A program made the position numbers and the translations under genes. From Fibrobacteria bacterium (GTDB lineage: Bacteria; Fibrobacterota; Chitinivibrionia; Chitinivibrionales; FEN-1185), in assembly GCA_037447435.1 (NCBI GenBank), contig JBBIGR010000076.1:1-11699 (forward strand): a stretch of 11,699 nt of DNA. Direction: 5' to 3'. Below, one piece after another: positions 7,084 through 11,699 of the stretch. Under the pieces are notes generated by a model. That model searched no databases, was not told the DNA's origin, and saw nothing but the letters and a program-made list of their open reading frames with translations. Within the stretch, counting starts at the first letter, position 1, and the number at the start of each line of letters is the position of its first letter.

Positions 7084-7106
7084 GTGTTATTTGAAAGGGT
7101 AATAGT

Positions 7107-7328
7107 ATGACCAAAATCATTGAAATAATTCAAGCAGTCATTTTTCCACTGTTATTGACGTCACTTCTCGCTTGGGGCGGATTCCCGGCTTCGCATTTAT
7201 TGAAATACAGTTCATTTTCCATCGGATTATTATGTTTGATATCAATACTCTCCCTGCTAATCATAAGGATTATAAAAAAGATTTGGAAGGGTTCGGCCAA
7301 CCAATGTTTCGGAGGTCGGCGTTGCTAG
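7107..7328 (+). CDS. Small hypothetical inner-membrane protein (73 aa, two predicted TM helices)
   Basis: Two hydrophobic segments (IIQAVIFPLLLTSLLAWGG; FSIGLLCLISILSLLII) followed by a basic tail (RIIKKIWK); purine-rich GAAAGGGT before the ATG; directly downstream of P3. Confidence 0.55.
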   Translation: MTKIIEIIQAVIFPLLLTSLLAWGGFPASHLLKYSSFSIGLLCLISILSLLIIRIIKKIWKGSANQCFGGRRC

Positions 7329-7395
7329 AACACGACTTTTTGTTGTGTCCAATTTGGGCATGCTCATAAAATGATTGCTTTTTGGTTAAAAAAGT

Positions 7396-10257
7396 GTGGA
7401 AAATTTACAAGTAATTCCTGAACGGCACGGCATCAAAACTTTTCTGATAATACTAGGAATTGTATTATTATTGCCTTTAGGTGTTTATTTCGGCGGTCAA
7501 ATCGTCTTTGATTCCTATTTCGGTTTCTGGGGGGCCAAACTTGTTAAACTAGAAAAACAAGGACTGCTCTCTAAGGAATTCGGAGCAGCTTGGGATGATG
7601 TGATTGCCGAAAATGCGATGGAAACGCAGGCACGCCAAATTACCAACAAAGAATTGGAATTAAAGCACGATAGTATTCTCAAGATTAATGGTATTGCGAA
7701 AAATGATTATGCGTCTCTTTCCATCATAGCCAAACTTAATGCGGTGAATCGGTATGCAAACACTATTAAAATAACTGATTGTCAAGATCGCTTGATAGCT
7801 GCTATCCGTACGAATCACAACCGTGCCAACACAAACGATTTTCCACCGGTGCTTATAGCAGCTCTTATTGCTTCTGAAGATAGAAATTTTCACGACAACA
7901 AATTAGGAATAGAATACGACAGTTTTATTCGTGCTACGCTTCGATCCCTTTGGGATAGCATAATCCATTTTCGTTTGGTTGCACCTCGTGGAACGTCCAC
8001 AATTACGCAACAGGTTGCGAAACTCTTTCTTTCCCGGCTAGATGTTTCAGGTCGTCGACAGAGTAACCATTCATTAGATCGTAAATTCCATGAAATGCGC
8101 CTTGCTTCGGCAATCAGACTACTTTATTCCGATGATGAAATCATTGAAGTATACGTGAATCACTGTATTACCAGCGATTACGGGTTGATGGGCATCAAAG
8201 ATATTGCGTGGGGTCTTTTTGGTAAAGAACTGTCTCAATTGACAGATGCAGAAAGCGTCTATATTGCGAGAATGGTAAAATGGGGTAGAAATGTTCCTCA
8301 AAAAATACGAAGGCAATGTAACATCGATATGCCGCGGATCTCCAAGGCAATGCACTGGGACATCAAAAAACAGCGGGATGTACTCTTTGCCATCGATAAC
8401 TTGACGTTTAGAAAGCCGAGTTGGGTGAATACTAATTATGGACCGTTGGTTGATCTTGCGAATGAATATTGGCTTTTGATACTAAGGCGAAAAGGCGTTT
8501 CGGAGTCGCATATTGCAGAAATGGATCTTATAAATCCGAATTCACTGATCCGGAAAAAAGGCACCTGCACGATCAAATTGAATGTCGACCTTCCTTTACA
8601 AAAAGAGATAGAACGCATGGTCGATAGGAGGGGCTACGGCAAAGATACCACCATCATTACCGATGTGCGCATCGGGTCCTCGGGAAAAAATATTTTTTCT
8701 TTTAAACGTCGACCGGATACGCTGTATACTATTTCGGTACTTGACAATCCCTCCGAATTCAGTGAGCAAGGCTCTTCTTATAAAGTAAAATTATTGGCTG
8801 GGGATACCCTGATTACCAATGTACGATACAAAAAACTTGGTCTTGGGAGATACCACAGAAGTTGCTATTACTACACCCATCGCAGTACTACCGGAAGGGG
8901 CCAATACTTTGCATATGCGGCAATCGATTCAAAGTCCGGCAAATTACTTGCCTATTATTCCCGAGACAAACTCGGTTCGCGTCTTACTTGTCTTTTAAAA
9001 AACCATCTTCCAAACGGATCTTCGACTGCAAAGCCGATTTTCAATGCGCTCAATTTTGATTGGGGGACATTTAAACCCTTTGACACCTGGAACGATAGCC
9101 TTGAAGTGACCGACAACGTGCCGTGGAAACGAACGTTTGAAAAGCAGAACGGTAAAACGATCGGGGTGATCTTTGCAAACAGCGCAGTCCGTAACGTCGG
9201 TTACGAGGTCCATAATCACCTCTTCGTTTTTGAAGGATGCAAGTTCATTTTCGATCAACTTGCTGCTTCGAACAATATCCTCGGCGTTGAAAATGTGTAT
9301 CGACTCAATCGCACCTTACTTGACTCCAGTGGTCAACTGAATCCGGATGCCATGGATATGGCACAGTTTTTATACCGTATAGGCGATTATCAGCGCATTG
9401 TTAACGATTACCGCATGGCAACGGTTACAGGCGTGCGTGTGTACAAAGAATTGGCAAGAATTGCAGGCGTCAATATTGATTCGGTAAACTCCGGTGCGAG
9501 TCGTATTCCCGTGTCGGACAGTATGTATTCGGTTGGGCTCGGTACCCTTGAACTTACCTTATACGAACAACTGCATCTTTACAACATGCTCTACAATAAC
9601 GATTTAATCGAACGACCAGCCGGCCATCCCTCTCTTGTGATTGAATCGGTGTTGTTGGATGGTGATACCGTAGTTGTTGACGATACTTTGCGTCATGTTC
9701 ATCCGTTTGCCGATCTTAACAATGCACGTCCGACATTACTCGGCATGCATAAACGGCTGGTTTCGAATCCGGCGGATGGGCTTGAAGGATTCGATGTTTC
9801 CGATAGTGCTTTACCACTTTTTTATTCAAAAGATGAAGAATTTGACAAGAATAAACTTACCGTAAACCAACCAGTTTCAAATTTCGCAAAAAGCGGAACT
9901 ACCGATGATGTCATCAGGCCGTTTAATGTAGGTAATGAAAGCGGTAAACGAACTAATTACGGATTGTGGAATGCTGTGCTGCGGCTCGATTTTGCCAAAT
10001 TGTCAACTGATTCTTCGGACAATGGAGTACGTGATGTCACTTTGGCCTGCATTGGAGAGTGCAACCAGAAATTAACCGGTGATCGTGACGGCAAGACTTT
10101 GCATAAATTTGTGAGCATCGGTTTGCTCAAAAAAGCCGGTGTTCCGTGCAATGACGGTTTTTTTCATCGGTATGAGGCTTACCTTAAAAGTATACCACGA
10201 GACAGCAATAAGACTTGCGGTAACGAGGTTGGAAAAATTACAGAGGCTCAAGAGTAA
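7396..10257 (+). CDS. Class A (bifunctional transglycosylase/transpeptidase) penicillin-binding protein, PBP1A-like
   Basis: N-terminal TM anchor; GT51 motifs EDRNF, GTSTITQQVAK, RKFHE, EIIEVYVN; transpeptidase motifs SxxK (STAK, 9022-9033), SxN (SNN, from 9268) and KSGT (from 9889). The GTG start is uncertain because the ribosome-binding site is weak. Confidence 0.9.
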   Translation: MENLQVIPERHGIKTFLIILGIVLLLPLGVYFGGQIVFDSYFGFWGAKLVKLEKQGLLSKEFGAAWDDVIAENAMETQARQITNKELELKHDSILKINGIAKNDYASLSIIAKLNAVNRYANTIKITDCQDRLIAAIRTNHNRANTNDFPPVLIAALIASEDRNFHDNKLGIEYDSFIRATLRSLWDSIIHFRLVAPRGTSTITQQVAKLFLSRLDVSGRRQSNHSLDRKFHEMRLASAIRLLYSDDEIIEVYVNHCITSDYGLMGIKDIAWGLFGKELSQLTDAESVYIARMVKWGRNVPQKIRRQCNIDMPRISKAMHWDIKKQRDVLFAIDNLTFRKPSWVNTNYGPLVDLANEYWLLILRRKGVSESHIAEMDLINPNSLIRKKGTCTIKLNVDLPLQKEIERMVDRRGYGKDTTIITDVRIGSSGKNIFSFKRRPDTLYTISVLDNPSEFSEQGSSYKVKLLAGDTLITNVRYKKLGLGRYHRSCYYYTHRSTTGRGQYFAYAAIDSKSGKLLAYYSRDKLGSRLTCLLKNHLPNGSSTAKPIFNALNFDWGTFKPFDTWNDSLEVTDNVPWKRTFEKQNGKTIGVIFANSAVRNVGYEVHNHLFVFEGCKFIFDQLAASNNILGVENVYRLNRTLLDSSGQLNPDAMDMAQFLYRIGDYQRIVNDYRMATVTGVRVYKELARIAGVNIDSVNSGASRIPVSDSMYSVGLGTLELTLYEQLHLYNMLYNNDLIERPAGHPSLVIESVLLDGDTVVVDDTLRHVHPFADLNNARPTLLGMHKRLVSNPADGLEGFDVSDSALPLFYSKDEEFDKNKLTVNQPVSNFAKSGTTDDVIRPFNVGNESGKRTNYGLWNAVLRLDFAKLSTDSSDNGVRDVTLACIGECNQKLTGDRDGKTLHKFVSIGLLKKAGVPCNDGFFHRYEAYLKSIPRDSNKTCGNEVGKITEAQE

Positions 10258-10273
10258 ATGCCATGATCACGAC

Positions 10274-10360
10274 AAGTATCTTCCCATTATGGAAGATGAA
10301 TGCTATCGAATGTCAAAAATGATCACAAAGTTTTTGGATTCCTCAAGAATTGAAACAGGC
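10274..10360 (+). pseudogene. Fragment of a histidine kinase dimerisation (HisKA/DHp) second helix
   Basis: KYLPIMEDECYRMSKMITKFLDSSRIETG resembles the post-H-box pattern xxLxxIxxExxRLxxLIxxLLDxSRIEAG. No H-box upstream and no ATPase domain downstream. Confidence 0.55.
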
Positions 10361-10444
10361 CCGGCAATACTTATGCGGCCGATAAATACTGCCACATAAA
10401 AAAGGTCAATGCCAGAACGCCGAATCCAATCCATAAAATTGTAT

Positions 10445-11089
10445 TTAGAACGCAAATCCGATAATACCCTTGAATGTTATAAATAAACCCAGCGCTATAA
10501 GTATCAATCCGCTTATACTATTGACGAAATAAGGGAACTTACCTATGCTCCGGAACCGTTTCCTGAAAAACTGTGATGCATAACCGGCAACGAGCATCGG
10601 AACGCTGAATCCTGCAGAATAAATAAAAAGGAGCAGAATGCCGGTTGTAACTTTCCCCTGGGCTGCAACCATAGCCAGGACGCCTGACAACATAGGGCCA
10701 ATGCACGGTATCCAAATGATTCCCAATGTAAGGCCCAGAATAAATCCACCGAACCGTCCATGCGATTTTTGGGCGAATTGCGAAAAAAAACCAAGGTGTT
10801 TGAATAAATTGATATTAAATAATAAAAGTATTCCGAATAGAGCTATCAAGGCTCCGGCAATTTTTTCGATATAAATCATTTTTGTGCCAATAGCTGAACC
10901 AAATAGAGATGACAGCACTCCCATAAGAACAAAGGTTATTGATAAACCTAAAACAATCAGTACCGGGCGGGATTTGTGATCATCACTTGTACCGGTCACA
11001 ACAATCGGAATCACAGGAAGAACGCATGGGGATAAAACGCTGGCAATTCCGGCCGAAAACACCAAAGCAATATTTATTGTATCCGTCAT
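10445..11089 (-). CDS. ccdA: CcdA / DsbD transmembrane-domain electron transporter
   Basis: About six TM helices with both redox motifs LSPCVLP and WIPCIGP; GGAG ribosome-binding site upstream. Confidence 0.93.
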   Translation of the reverse strand: MTDTINIALVFSAGIASVLSPCVLPVIPIVVTGTSDDHKSRPVLIVLGLSITFVLMGVLSSLFGSAIGTKMIYIEKIAGALIALFGILLLFNINLFKHLGFFSQFAQKSHGRFGGFILGLTLGIIWIPCIGPMLSGVLAMVAAQGKVTTGILLLFIYSAGFSVPMLVAGYASQFFRKRFRSIGKFPYFVNSISGLILIALGLFITFKGIIGFAF

Positions 11090-11104
11090 AACCGACTCCG
11101 TTTT

Positions 11105-11608
11105 TTATTTTTCAGAACCATTCAGTGCGGATAATATTGTTTTTTCATCCTGAATTCCGGGAGTAAACCTTTTCAGTTCTTTCCCGTTTTTGTCGAGTAT
11201 TATCAGGGAAGGCAGCCCCCGAATGCCGTATTGGGAAAACGCATATTGGTCTGCTTGGTCGGTTGTCTTGACATATTTTATTATTGCCAGCGATGCAAGC
11301 TTGTCTTTCATCCCATCGAGAATCGCAAGCTGCATTTGGCAGGGATGGCCGTTCGGGTTCATGAAAAACAAGAGTTCTTTATCGGGTCCTTTTTTTGATT
11401 GATTTGCAGAAGCCGCATCACCTGCTGATTTTTTGTGAACGCCTGTAGCGCTGTCATGCGGCATTTGGGTCACGGCTTTATGGGGTGTTTGTGAAACCGG
11501 GTTAATACATTGATGAGAAGAGTCGTCTGTTTTTTGACCGGCACCTATAGCAAGGGTACTCAAAGAAAGAACAATTGAAAAGGCCGGGGAAAATTTTGAA
11601 ATTGCCAT
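11105..11608 (-). CDS. Exported thioredoxin-fold protein with atypical GHPC active-site motif
   Basis: Signal peptide, low-complexity linker, then LLFFMNPNGHPCQ at the WCxxC position, YGIRGLP (cis-Pro loop) and LIILDKNGKELKRF..G. AAGGAG ribosome-binding site; 15 bp from ccdA. Confidence 0.85.
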   Translation of the reverse strand: MAISKFSPAFSIVLSLSTLAIGAGQKTDDSSHQCINPVSQTPHKAVTQMPHDSATGVHKKSAGDAASANQSKKGPDKELLFFMNPNGHPCQMQLAILDGMKDKLASLAIIKYVKTTDQADQYAFSQYGIRGLPSLIILDKNGKELKRFTPGIQDEKTILSALNGSEK

Positions 11609-11699
11609 ACAGTACTCCTTTTATGTTAAAAACGGGAAAAGTTGTTTGGGGCATCGCGCGTTTCTGTGGGTAGCCCCAATATGTTGTGTTTAGAGTTAT

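Noticed and set aside
7345..7359. Imperfect dyad TGTCCA-ATT-TGGGCA before the PBP as an enhancer or fourth sigma54 promoter
   Set aside because: It differs from the GNGACA motif, and the adjacent GGCATG has no GC at the -12 position.
1000..10151. Many short antisense or out-of-frame ORFs nested in the long genes
   Set aside because: Shadow ORFs of well-supported coding sequences with no independent motifs.
10139..10399. 86-aa ORF from the track as a real gene
   Set aside because: Its first 40 codons overlap the PBP out of frame; only 10274-10360 looks protein-like and is reported as a kinase remnant.
10371..10442. Minus-strand TM-like peptide TILWIGFGVLALTFFMWQYLSAA after ccdA
   Set aside because: No ATG in frame back to the previous stop and no recognisable family; it may be debris but cannot be supported.
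11348..11350. Selenocysteine at the first position of the thioredoxin motif
   Set aside because: The codon is GGC (Gly), not TGA.
11604..11631. XerD-like arm TTATGTTAAA
   Set aside because: No XerC arm at the right distance; the adjacent bases are the ribosome-binding site and start of the thioredoxin gene.
1..11699. CRISPR array, tRNA/rRNA, integron attC sites, transposase or defence genes
   Set aside because: No regularly spaced repeats, RNA-gene signatures or such protein motifs were seen by eye.

Overview
Bacterial accessory-type region built around a sigma54 (RpoN) regulatory circuit and cell-envelope genes. On the + strand: a frameshifted 3' remnant of a PTS enzyme I gene; a sigma54 promoter (P1); a Cache-HAMP-PAS histidine kinase and an NtrC-family enhancer-binding response regulator; a second sigma54-like promoter (P2) ahead of Pal/OmpA lipoprotein - single-domain receiver - Pal lipoprotein - double PRC-barrel protein; a third promoter (P3) ahead of a small two-TM protein and a 953-aa class A penicillin-binding protein; then a short histidine-kinase remnant. 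Convergent on the - strand is an operon for an exported thioredoxin-fold protein lacking the first CxxC cysteine (GHPC) plus CcdA. The strongest non-coding signal is that P1 and P2 carry four elements (palindromic enhancer-like site, two IHF-like sites, -24/-12 box) at exactly the same spacing (offset 4038 bp, no gaps) while the DNA between them is unrelated. This suggests an autoregulated sigma54 switch controlling an envelope/peptidoglycan-remodelling module. All family calls come from motifs read by eye; no database search was run.
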